A stretch of 64,000 nucleotides of DNA from Spirochaetes bacterium GWF1_51_8 (GTDB taxonomy: Bacteria > Spirochaetota > Brevinematia > Brevinematales > GWF1-51-8): contig MIBE01000011.1 in assembly GCA_001829415.1 (NCBI GenBank), forward strand, positions 24,760 through 88,759. Reading direction: 5' to 3'. Shown in pieces: positions 25,701 through 33,611 of the stretch. Under the pieces are notes generated by a model. It saw only the letters and a program-made list of their open reading frames with translations. It had not been told where the DNA came from and did not search any database. The position numbers and the translations under genes are program-made. Every line of letters begins with the position of its first letter. Position 1 is the stretch's first letter.

Positions 25701-26784
25701 CGATACGGTCAAGCATATCAGCCGCTGGACGCTGACTCAGCGCTTCCTGCCCGCGTTCAACAGCTACGCCCCCGAAGGCTTCTATATCTTCGGCGAAGTC
25801 TGCACCCGCGTCAACGAGGTCTGGAACCACGGCATTCCGCCCCTGTCGACCCCGTTCTATACATGGAACGAACGGCACTCGTTCACGGGAACCGACGCCC
25901 AGAACGCTTCCAACGCCTACATCTGGGAAAACAACCAGGGTACCGGCAACCAGCCGACAAGCGGAAACCATTACCTCAGCGGCAACAACTATCATACGCC
26001 CGATTACTCTCAGGCATCCGGGATGGGCGTGATCGACTTCCCGATGCACTGGAACTTCGGTACCGCGGGTCAGGCGTTCAACTTCGCTAAGGGGAACGAC
26101 CAGTGGTATAACGACGCGACATGGAACGTCTGTTACGTCGATTCGCACGACTACGGCCCCAACACCGATAACCGTTACAACGGAAGCGAGGCGGAATTCG
26201 CCGAAAGCTTCAGCCTGATCTTCACATGGCGCGGGATACCGTGCGTGTACTACGGAAGCGAAATCCAGTTCCAGAAGGGCGCTCCCGCGGATAAAGGTCC
26301 GAATATGGCCCTCGCGCTGACGGGGCGTGCATACTACGGCGCGCACCTCGAGGGTTCGGTCAATGTCACCGACTTCGGTGTCTGGAACAACGCGACCGGC
26401 GAAATGGCCAACACGCTGAACCATCCGCTCGCGAAGCATCTCCAGCGCCTCAATATGATCCGTCACCAGATACCCGCGCTCCAGAAGGGCCAGTATTCTA
26501 CCGACGGGTGTTCGGGCGGAATGTGCTTCAAGAAACGCTTTACCGATGCCGCGAACGGGATCGACAGCTTTGTGCTGGTCACTATCTCCGGCGGCGCGAA
26601 TTTCAGCGGCATTCCCAACGGCGTCTATAAGGACGCGATCACGGGCGACGTTAAAGTCGTTACCGACGGCAATCTCTCCGCGAGCTGCAGCGGTCAGGGC
26701 AATATGAGGATTTACGTCCTCGACCTGCCGGGCAACCCCGCGCCGGGTAAAATCGGTTCCGACGGAGCCTACCTCAAGCCGTAG
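22771..26784 (+). CDS. secreted multidomain alpha-amylase (GH13) with Ig-like repeats, CBM25/26-like starch-binding module and PKD domain; lipoprotein
   Basis: Lipobox-like FFSCAQ. Several Ig-like modules (..PxVxIxSPxNG..SGVDKV..). A W/PG-rich starch-binding-like block (TTWPGVAMIP..IFNNDSSPQTADL). A PKD-like block (PPVANAGADI..YSWNNG..VTDNQGATD). GH13 regions DIVLNHTS, GVDGFRLDTVKHI, YIFGEV, YVDSHD. Confidence 0.9.
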   Translation: MKRFSLLFASIAVSLLTFFSCAQLEELTKQFNENAPIVMLSKPTNGQIVPSIYEVSGSAVAKAPFELTSVSVYFLGVESGITNSTNLIYNTSGIAVFRARFEGGAGNYLTWAVAVDEKGNTSRTADILFKVEGASVDDTPPVVFIVTPTNNQKVGNSVTVSGTAQDIYTEGQSLSGVDKVYVKLDSGAYSPVTLNSGIWQIQFPLSTAGSHIAYAYAEDRSGNISPVKSVTFSYETGTPTVSITSPVNGAIVKTATVNVQGGATVDSPAIITAVQLSVNGGSFNDVGNTVWQKNSVTLTEGTNTLVAKSIADNAKSALSPTVQVIADFTAPVVNAISPVNGKVFTNITSLVISGTVSDSLSGVDKVFVAVDSGSYGEASGIVSWSATVPISLGAHTIKYYAVDKAGNQSAEKTVTITVVQVQQPFTVYLKRPGGWTKTPKVYYWGGSCGTTTWPGVAMIPAPQIGSNWYSFSFTGTNTLLIFNNDSSPQTADLSRNKTGYYFTDNKWYDSNPEDLIPPTASIASPANGASLSGIVTVVANASDNNTVAKVEFYRGTNKIGQATAEPYSIDWNTAYAPNGSHSLTAKAYDEAGNSGVSAAVNITTANANLPPVANAGADIIVLAGNSAQFDALDSYDPNGSIVSYSWNNGLSGVSPTKVYSTLGDYTVILTVTDNQGATDTDEVIVHVSTNVPSPDRIDFREETIYFLMTARFYDGDPANNRPGRTYVSSGNAANNDPEWRGDFKGLIAKLDYIKAMGFSAIWITPVVLNRSDFDFHGYHAWDFNKVDPRLESPGATYQDLINAAHAKGLKIIQDIVLNHTSRYGAVGLQTVKYWGDSADPEWGEGTTIDYYDVPNPGFTYDGISYEPNSGKNYYNGDLWVKDKPNLPWNSLPGWGTATQWRSPEGYKIYNYQWPHLALFNPDYFHSDWLKNWEDYTCQLGTIHEDCIDLNTENATVQQYLIDAYKHYIDMGVDGFRLDTVKHISRWTLTQRFLPAFNSYAPEGFYIFGEVCTRVNEVWNHGIPPLSTPFYTWNERHSFTGTDAQNASNAYIWENNQGTGNQPTSGNHYLSGNNYHTPDYSQASGMGVIDFPMHWNFGTAGQAFNFAKGNDQWYNDATWNVCYVDSHDYGPNTDNRYNGSEAEFAESFSLIFTWRGIPCVYYGSEIQFQKGAPADKGPNMALALTGRAYYGAHLEGSVNVTDFGVWNNATGEMANTLNHPLAKHLQRLNMIRHQIPALQKGQYSTDGCSGGMCFKKRFTDAANGIDSFVLVTISGGANFSGIPNGVYKDAITGDVKVVTDGNLSASCSGQGNMRIYVLDLPGNPAPGKIGSDGAYLKP

Positions 26785-26823
26785 AGGACATCACTATGCA
26801 TCCATGAACCGTTTCCATTGCAG

Positions 26824-26855
26824 ACCGGAGAAGAGAAATCTTCTCCGGTTTTTTG
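26824..26855 (+). terminator. rho-independent terminator
   Basis: 10-bp perfect stem ACCGGAGAAG / CTTCTCCGGT, loop AGAAAT, then TTTTTTG. Confidence 0.7.
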
Positions 26856-26943
26856 TTGTCATATGTAATAGCAATGAGTATTGCTAAATATCGTTACTCT
26901 AAATCCTATAAACTTAATCTAAAAATAAATAATAATAAACCGC

Positions 26944-26972
26944 TTGACAGAGTGTTCAGACCGGTGTATATT
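26944..26972 (+). promoter_or_regulatory. sigma-70-type promoter candidate
   Basis: TTGACA (26944-26949), 17-nt spacer, TATATT (26967-26972). This would give a ~140-nt leader before the MCP start. Confidence 0.4.
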
Positions 26973-27114
26973 CATATGAGAGATTGAATAAATACTAATA
27001 CGTGTTTTCTGCGCGGGCTTTTTTTGAACGTATTTATTCTTTATGGGATATGGCGCTCCGGATGAGGAATATTTACATCGGGGATATGTATATATTTCCA
27101 ATCTGGAGGATAAT

Positions 27115-28593
27115 ATGTTTAGAAATGTGAGTCTTGTTTTCAGAATAGTTTTCTCATTTATCATAGTTTCCATTGCGGTATTTGTCCTGGGATACTTCGG
27201 GATCACCTCGACGACAAAGCTGGACGGGGTGGCGAAGAATCTGGATCATTCTCATACATTGAACAGCAGTCTCATTACCCGTGAAGTGGAGCACATGAAA
27301 TGGGCGCAGACCGTCCTCCTCGCTGTTCATTCGAAGTCTCCGAGCATCGCGGTGGAAAAAGACCCTACTAAATGTAATCTTGGGAAATGGTACTACGGAG
27401 AGGAAAGAAAGGATATCGAGAAAACCTATCCCGCGCTGAAACCATTCCTTGAAAAGCTCGAAGCGCCTCATAAAAGCCTTCATCAATCGGTGGTAAAAAT
27501 CGAAGAATACCTGTCTGCCGGCGAATGGGAGAACGCGTCGGAGCTTTTTAATTCCGTGACACTGGTCAGCCTGAAATCCGTTCAGGAGCAATTAGCCTCG
27601 ATGCGGGGAATCCTTTCGAGCAATATCGCCCAGAATAATAAAGACCAAAAGTCGATCTCGTCCCAATCTCTTACCCAGACCTATCTTGCGATGGGGATCG
27701 GCGGATTTATTACGTTACTGCTCGGGCTATTCGTCAGTTTCAGCTTATCCCGTCTGACCGGCAAGATCAAGAGGGGCGTCAACGAACTCGACCAGAACGC
27801 CCTGCAGTTGACCGGAGCCTCGGGTCAGATTTCCGATTCCGGGGAACAGCTTTCGGCAGGGACTTCCCGGCTTGCTTCCTCTATTGAGGAAATGTCCGCA
27901 TCGCTCGAGGAGCTTCAGGCGGGTATCCAGGCCAATTCCAACAGCATCAACGAGACCCGTGTCATGACCGGGCGCGTGGCGCAATCCGCCGAAGAGAATA
28001 TCCGTCAGATGGAAGAAATGATCGCTTCGATGAACGAGATTGTGATGAATAACGGCCGGATCGGGAAGATCATTAAGGTCATCGACGACATCGCGTTCCA
28101 GACAAATATCCTCGCATTGAACGCCGCTGTCGAAGCGGCCCGTGCGGGCGAATCCGGCAGGGGATTCGCGGTAGTCGCTGAGCAAGTGAAGAGTTTGGCC
28201 CAAAAGAGCGCTGAGGCCGCGCAGGAAACCGCCGCACTGATCGAGAAAGCAGTGGAAGGTGTCAACGGCGGGCAGAAGATCAGCCATAGTGTCAAGGAAT
28301 CGATTGTCTCGACCGGCGAATTGACCCAGAAGATCAATACCGTTATCCGGGAGATCGATAAAAGCTCGCAGGAGCAATTAAAGGGCGCGACCCAGATCAA
28401 TCAGGCTGTCGCGGATATCAATATGGTCATGCAGACGACTGTTACGCTTTCCGAGGAGAACGCCGCCGCAGGGGAACAACTGAACTCGCAGGCGCTTTCG
28501 CTTAAGGAGATCGTCGTCGACCTGAAACAGATTGTCAGCAACAAGCAGACCGGACAATTGTCGGCGGAGGTAAAATTACTGAAAAGCGTTTAA
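27115..28593 (+). CDS. methyl-accepting chemotaxis protein with CZB (chemoreceptor zinc-binding) motif between TM1 and TM2
   Basis: Start ATG 27115 (GGAGG RBS). Two TM helices. HMKW-23 aa-CNLGKW-26 aa-HKSLH fits the published CZB pattern. MCP hairpin tip [33 protein letters not shown]. Confidence 0.9.
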   Translation: MFRNVSLVFRIVFSFIIVSIAVFVLGYFGITSTTKLDGVAKNLDHSHTLNSSLITREVEHMKWAQTVLLAVHSKSPSIAVEKDPTKCNLGKWYYGEERKDIEKTYPALKPFLEKLEAPHKSLHQSVVKIEEYLSAGEWENASELFNSVTLVSLKSVQEQLASMRGILSSNIAQNNKDQKSISSQSLTQTYLAMGIGGFITLLLGLFVSFSLSRLTGKIKRGVNELDQNALQLTGASGQISDSGEQLSAGTSRLASSIEEMSASLEELQAGIQANSNSINETRVMTGRVAQSAEENIRQMEEMIASMNEIVMNNGRIGKIIKVIDDIAFQTNILALNAAVEAARAGESGRGFAVVAEQVKSLAQKSAEAAQETAALIEKAVEGVNGGQKISHSVKESIVSTGELTQKINTVIREIDKSSQEQLKGATQINQAVADINMVMQTTVTLSEENAAAGEQLNSQALSLKEIVVDLKQIVSNKQTGQLSAEVKLLKSV

Positions 28594-28740
28594 AAGAGCG
28601 CGTAAAAATTTGAATAAATACAATTCATGTATTAAGATTAATTAAACAAAAATATTTACAGTTTAATAATAATACTAATAGTAGTATACAATTAAATATA
28701 TTCGGGGAGAGTGTGCTAATTCTGTTTTACCGGAGGATGT

Positions 28741-30660
28741 ATGTTTAAAGGGATAGGCGCGAAGATAAGAATCGCGATGTTATTGACGGTTTCCGTGTCG
28801 ATCGCAGCCGTAGGCGTGATCACCTATTTGAATGTCCGTGAGGCTCTTTTCCAGAGCACGAAAGAGCGGATGGTGTCGTTACTGCAAATCCTGAAAGAAT
28901 CGATTTCCGCTCAGTTCAGGATGAATTCCGCGGTTTTCACGGAATCATTGAAAACTAAGATTTTGGAAGAACAGAAAATCCTTTCGGGCGCGGTATCACT
29001 CAATCATGGGAATATTATTCAATGGGAAGCGGTCAATCAGCTAACGGGCGGGAAGATGAAGCTGACCTTGCCTGAAATGTACTACCAGGGGACTTCTCTC
29101 GCGAAGAATGACGCATTTGTAGACCAGCTCGCGAAGAAAATGAAAAGTACCGTCACCGTATTCCAGATGATCCCTGACGGGATGCTCCGGATCTCCACCA
29201 CGGTCATGAAGAAGGATGAACGCGCCATCGGGACGTTCATCCCGAAGGAATCGCCGGTCTATCAGGCTATCTTAAAGGGAGAGAGCTTTTTCGGACGGGC
29301 CTTCGTGGTCGACGGTTGGTATATTACGGCATATTCGCCGCTTCGCGATCCGGCGGGGAACTTGATCGGCGCGATCTATGCCGGAGTCCCTGAAATAGAT
29401 AAATCGGCATTGCGGAGTCTTATTCTCTCACAAAAACTCGGCGAAACCGGATATCTATATATCATGGATATGAATGGCGCGCTCCTGATTCACCCGAAGA
29501 TCGAGGGATCGAATATCCTCAATCTTCCCGATGAAAACGGGAAACTGTTTGCACAGGCCATGGTAAAGATGTCCAACGGCGACTTGACCTATATGTGGAA
29601 AAATCCCGGCGATCCGGCGGCCCGTGAAAAATACGTCATGTTTGAATTCATACCGGGGCTGGACTGGATGATCGCGGGCGGGCCGTATACCGTAGAGCTG
29701 TATTCCAAGGCCGATGAATTGGGAACGCTGATCCTGATTATTCTCGCCGCCGCAATCGCGTTTTCGGTCGCAATCGCAATCATTGTCGCCCGTTCGATCG
29801 CTAAGCCGGTCAATGCGATCACCGGGGATATTTCAAGGGCGTCGACAAGCCTCAACGCCGCTGCGGGGCAGATTTCCAATTCCAGCCAGAGCTTGTCGTC
29901 AAGCGCATCCGAGCTTTCGTCATCGATTGAGGAAATGAGTTCGTCGCTCGAGGAACTTCAGGCGATTATCGAGAACAGCACCGGGACTCTCAACGAGGCC
30001 GGGAGCAGGATGGAGGAGACTAACAAAAGCACCGATGAGCTTTCGGCCGGGATGTTGGAATTGAGCGGCAATATGAAGAAGATCGATGAAAACTCCCGGC
30101 GGATCGGGGTAATCATTAAAGCTATCGACGATATAGCGTTCCAGACGAATATCCTCGCGTTGAACGCGGCGGTGGAAGCGGCGCGGGCCGGTGACGCAGG
30201 GCGCGGATTCGCGGTGGTCGCCGATCAGGTAAAAAGCCTGGCGCAGAAAAGCGCCGATGCCGCGAAGGAGACCGCCGGGTTGATAGAGCTGGCGATAGAG
30301 AGCGTCGAGGACGGTGTCAAGGTCAATCAAAAAGTGTTCGAGAGCCAGAATAAGGCTAAGGAGTATATCGCCAAGGCCGCGGCCTTGATTCGCGATGTTA
30401 TCGTGGCGTCGCGCGAGCAGTTGAAGGGCGCGACACAGATCACCGCGGCGTTGACACAGATCACGAGTGTCAGCAACTCGACTGCGTCAAGCTCGGAAGA
30501 AAATGCGAGCGCCGGGGAAGAATTGCTCGCTCAAGCGATGCGGATGAAGGAAATCGTCATAGAATTGGACAGGGTCATCTCCGGAAAGGAACGTAATTTC
30601 AGTGAGGCCTCCGAGCCTCCGAAACTGAAGCTGATCGAGGCGAAGGATTGGGAGAAATAG
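28741..30660 (+). CDS. methyl-accepting chemotaxis protein with periplasmic double Cache-like sensor
   Basis: TM1, then a ~290-aa sensor with Cache-like blocks (..[21 protein letters not shown].., ..[16 protein letters not shown]..), TM2, then the MCP tip [33 protein letters not shown]. Confidence 0.9.
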   Translation: MFKGIGAKIRIAMLLTVSVSIAAVGVITYLNVREALFQSTKERMVSLLQILKESISAQFRMNSAVFTESLKTKILEEQKILSGAVSLNHGNIIQWEAVNQLTGGKMKLTLPEMYYQGTSLAKNDAFVDQLAKKMKSTVTVFQMIPDGMLRISTTVMKKDERAIGTFIPKESPVYQAILKGESFFGRAFVVDGWYITAYSPLRDPAGNLIGAIYAGVPEIDKSALRSLILSQKLGETGYLYIMDMNGALLIHPKIEGSNILNLPDENGKLFAQAMVKMSNGDLTYMWKNPGDPAAREKYVMFEFIPGLDWMIAGGPYTVELYSKADELGTLILIILAAAIAFSVAIAIIVARSIAKPVNAITGDISRASTSLNAAAGQISNSSQSLSSSASELSSSIEEMSSSLEELQAIIENSTGTLNEAGSRMEETNKSTDELSAGMLELSGNMKKIDENSRRIGVIIKAIDDIAFQTNILALNAAVEAARAGDAGRGFAVVADQVKSLAQKSADAAKETAGLIELAIESVEDGVKVNQKVFESQNKAKEYIAKAAALIRDVIVASREQLKGATQITAALTQITSVSNSTASSSEENASAGEELLAQAMRMKEIVIELDRVISGKERNFSEASEPPKLKLIEAKDWEK

Positions 30661-30863
30661 GAAAAAATAACCGGAAAAATCAGGGATTCCCTGATACCCA
30701 AATGCCTCAAGATTTATTATAATTATTCCGTAAGATAATGGTGGTTTAAAAAAGCTCAAATTTCTACAAAAGGATTTTTACTTGAAACCGCCTGCAAGTC
30801 GCTGACTGCTTGGAAAGTAAAAGTGACTATCAATTTGACCCCCCTTTCTTCAGTTGTGATAGA

Positions 30864-30900
30864 GGCATGGCGCGGTTTTTGCGTCATGCCCTTATTTTTT
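30864..30900 (+). terminator. rho-independent terminator about 200 nt downstream of the MCP stop
   Basis: Stem GGCATGGCGC / GCGTCATGCC (one G-T pair), loop GGTTTTT, then CTTATTTTTT. Confidence 0.55.
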
Positions 30901-31012
30901 AAATGTTACTACTACAAATGTTATAAATGTTTATAGTTTTTAGAACCGCCCTTATTTTACAAATCCTTAAAATTTAGATATAATTTCCTTGATGTAATAA
31001 AGGAATGTACGA

Positions 31013-31675
31013 ATGACAAAATTTAAGGTTCTCGCTGTCGAGGACGCGGTTTTTTATACGATGATCTATAAAAAGATTCTTAACCCCGGGCAGTTCGAAC
31101 TAAAGACACTCGCCAAGGGAGAGGGATTCCTGCCGCTTGTCAGAGAGTTTATACCCGACCTGATCCTCATGGATGTCAATCTTCCCGACGCGAGCGGACT
31201 CGATCTGTGTAAGATGGTTCATTCCGAACCCGGCCTTTCGGAAATCCCAGTCATCATGGTGACTTCCGAGGAAGATATCGAGGTACTGAAGACAGCATAC
31301 CGTGCGGGGGCGGCGGACTTTATCAAGAAACCGTTTAACGCTATCGAGCTTTTGATCCGTATCGAAAACGTCCTGAAACTCTCCAAGCGTTCGATGGAAC
31401 TTGTCAGGATCAAGCAGGATACCACGGTGAGCGAGATGGGACGGGCGATTGCGCATAACTTCAATCAGCCGTTGACCGCGTTGATGGGCTCCGCCGAGAT
31501 GATTGTTATGATGAAGGAAAAGAAAAGTCTCGATCAGGATGTAGTCGATCTGATGGATTCGATAATCGAGGCCGCACAGTCCATTTCAGAGTTGGTCGAT
31601 AAGGTCGAAAACCTGAAAGAGTACCGTGTACAGGATTATATTCAGGATGTAAAGATCATAGATATTGAACCATAG
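31013..31675 (+). CDS. response-regulator receiver fused to a HisKA-like DHp domain, no HATPase domain (paralog 1)
   Basis: REC signatures (VEDA, LMDVNLPD, VTS, KKP), followed by an H-box SEMGRAIAHNFNQPLTAL. The protein ends ~70 aa later with no N/G1/G2 boxes. Confidence 0.8.
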   Translation: MTKFKVLAVEDAVFYTMIYKKILNPGQFELKTLAKGEGFLPLVREFIPDLILMDVNLPDASGLDLCKMVHSEPGLSEIPVIMVTSEEDIEVLKTAYRAGAADFIKKPFNAIELLIRIENVLKLSKRSMELVRIKQDTTVSEMGRAIAHNFNQPLTALMGSAEMIVMMKEKKSLDQDVVDLMDSIIEAAQSISELVDKVENLKEYRVQDYIQDVKIIDIEP

Positions 31676-31713
31676 GAGAGAGTCACAGGGGTATTTGATT
31701 ATCTGGGGTATAA

Positions 31714-32379
31714 ATGGGAAGTTTTAAGGTTCTCTTAGTAGAAGACGCTGTGATCGACGCCGAGATCGTGAAAAACGCGCTGGGTTCCGGGATGTTCGAT
31801 TTGAGAATTCTGGATAGCGGATACGGATTTCTGAGCGCCGTAGAGGAATTCAATCCCGATGTGATCGTCCTCGATCTCAATCTCCCGGATACTAACGGGA
31901 TCGAGCTTTGCCGGAAACTGAAGAATGACGACAATTTTGCCGGGATTCCCGTGATCATGGTGACCTCCGAGCACGATGTCAATATCCTTCAGTCTGCGTA
32001 TCTGGCGGGCGCGTGGGATTACCTGAAAAAGCCCTACAACACGATGGAATTATTGATCCGTCTTGAAAATGTGCTTAGGCTTTCAGGCCAGAACCGGGAA
32101 TTAATCCGGATCAAGCAGGATACCACGGTCAGCGAGATGGGACGGGCGATTGCGCACAACTTCAATCAGCCGTTGACGACGCTTCTCGGTACTGGCGAAT
32201 TGTTGCTGAACTATTCCAACGAAAACCCGGTCGACGGCCGGATAAGCGAGCAAATCCAAGCCATGATAGATGCCGCGAGGGAGATTTCAACGCTGGTAAA
32301 GAAGGTTGAAAGGCTGAAAGAATACAAGGTGACCGACTATATTCAGGATATAAAAATTATCGACTTGGATCAGGAGTAG
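31714..32379 (+). CDS. response-regulator receiver fused to a HisKA-like DHp domain, no HATPase domain (paralog 2)
   Basis: Same architecture as paralog 1 (VEDA, VLDLNLPD, VTS, KKP; SEMGRAIAHNFNQPLTTL). Roughly half of the residues are identical by eye. Confidence 0.8.
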   Translation: MGSFKVLLVEDAVIDAEIVKNALGSGMFDLRILDSGYGFLSAVEEFNPDVIVLDLNLPDTNGIELCRKLKNDDNFAGIPVIMVTSEHDVNILQSAYLAGAWDYLKKPYNTMELLIRLENVLRLSGQNRELIRIKQDTTVSEMGRAIAHNFNQPLTTLLGTGELLLNYSNENPVDGRISEQIQAMIDAAREISTLVKKVERLKEYKVTDYIQDIKIIDLDQE

Positions 32380-32382
32380 AAA

Positions 32383-32895
32383 GTGACGGACGTATTGGTA
32401 ATCATGGGGAGCGACAGCGACCTGCCTATCCTCTCGAATGGGCTTGAGATACTCAAGGAGTTCTTTATCGAAACGGAGGCCCGTTTCAGCTCGGCGCACC
32501 GCAGTCCCGAACGGACAGTCATGATAGTGAAGGCTTTTGAGAAACAGGGCGGTAAGGTGATTATCGCCGCGGCTGGGATGTCCGCGCATCTGGCGGGTGT
32601 GATCGCCGGGCATACGGTGCTTCCCGTGATCGGCGTACCCTTGTCGTCGCCGGATTTCGGCGCGCTCGATTCGTTACTGTCGATGATCGAAATGCCTCCG
32701 GGTATCCCGGTCGGCGTGATGGGGAAGGGCAAGGCCGGCGCGAAGAATGCCGCGCTGTTGGCCATAGAGATTCTCGCTATCGGAAATCCGGCTCTCAGGG
32801 AAAAACTTCTCGCCTACCGTGAGAAGATGAAGGCCGAGATCGAACAAAAAGACGCCGATCTTCAAGAGCGGGGCTGGGAAGGCTACCGGAAATGA
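32383..32895 (+). CDS. purE: 5-(carboxyamino)imidazole ribonucleotide mutase
   Basis: GTG start 6 nt after AGGAG. VLVIMGSDSDLP...SAHRSPE...IIAAAGMSAHLAGVIAGHTVLPVIGVP is the PurE signature. Confidence 0.9.
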   Translation: MTDVLVIMGSDSDLPILSNGLEILKEFFIETEARFSSAHRSPERTVMIVKAFEKQGGKVIIAAAGMSAHLAGVIAGHTVLPVIGVPLSSPDFGALDSLLSMIEMPPGIPVGVMGKGKAGAKNAALLAIEILAIGNPALREKLLAYREKMKAEIEQKDADLQERGWEGYRK

Positions 32896-32922
32896 CGTGA
32901 ATTTTATATCAACTGAAAATTT

Positions 32923-33567
32923 CTATTTAAATCGTTGAACGTTGTATAAGCCCGCGTCATCACAACAGGCCGACATACCTTTTGTTGGTTTAGTATCAGA
33001 TATTTCTGGGTTCGAAATATAATTCTTTTTCAGTTTAGCCGACGAGTTTTTTATAATGGGCGAGTCCTCTTTTACAAATGTATCAATTCTCTTGGAAAAA
33101 TTTTCTACTGCTTTTATTGATGCATCAAATAAATCATTTACTTGTAAATAGTATACTGTTAAACCATTTTCTTTATTTAGTATAAATAAACTTTTTATGT
33201 CAGAGTTTCTGGTATCGAGTCTGTATTGTTCTCTGATTATCTGATTATGTATGAGAGGATTTCTATACTGGGTATAGAGCATTTCTGCATAATTCGCTTT
33301 ATTGGAATCATTTATATCCTTGAAGTCATAGAAATCTTTATCCCCGATGATTTCATACGACTTTTTAGAACCCAAAATATAAGATCCTATTGCATCCGTA
33401 ATTGAACAGAGTAGAATGGTTACAGGAAATCCTAAAATACCTTCTGGCTGTTTCCAGAGAATTCCGTTTTCCTTACTTTTTTTATACTCAATTCCAACTC
33501 TAGCTAACCTTAAAGATTCATTTAAAGATTCAACAATTGTCTCTTTAATAGTAAGAGTGCTTTCCAT
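32923..33567 (-). CDS. hypothetical protein in an A+T-rich islet; contains an RNxxxH (HEPN-like) motif
   Basis: Start ATG 33567 (GGAG 5 nt upstream; the track starts at 33585). Hand-counted 60-nt lines inside the gene give 22-32% G+C, versus ~68% for a purE line. Motif ..LYTQYRNPLIHNQII.. Confidence 0.6.
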   Translation of the reverse strand: MESTLTIKETIVESLNESLRLARVGIEYKKSKENGILWKQPEGILGFPVTILLCSITDAIGSYILGSKKSYEIIGDKDFYDFKDINDSNKANYAEMLYTQYRNPLIHNQIIREQYRLDTRNSDIKSLFILNKENGLTVYYLQVNDLFDASIKAVENFSKRIDTFVKEDSPIIKNSSAKLKKNYISNPEISDTKPTKGMSACCDDAGLYNVQRFK

Positions 33568-33611
33568 CTTCACTCCAAATAACAAAAGTTGTGTGTTTAA
33601 GCTAAAAATCG

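Noticed and set aside
24703-26466. 587-aa ORF antisense to the GH13 catalytic region of the amylase
   Set aside because: The sense strand carries all four GH13 conserved regions. The antisense product is a V/R/D/G-rich shadow ORF.
26919-27206. 95-aa minus-strand ORF in the A+T-rich region upstream of the first MCP
   Set aside because: It overlaps the MCP promoter and start, has no RBS, and its composition-driven translation looks non-genic.
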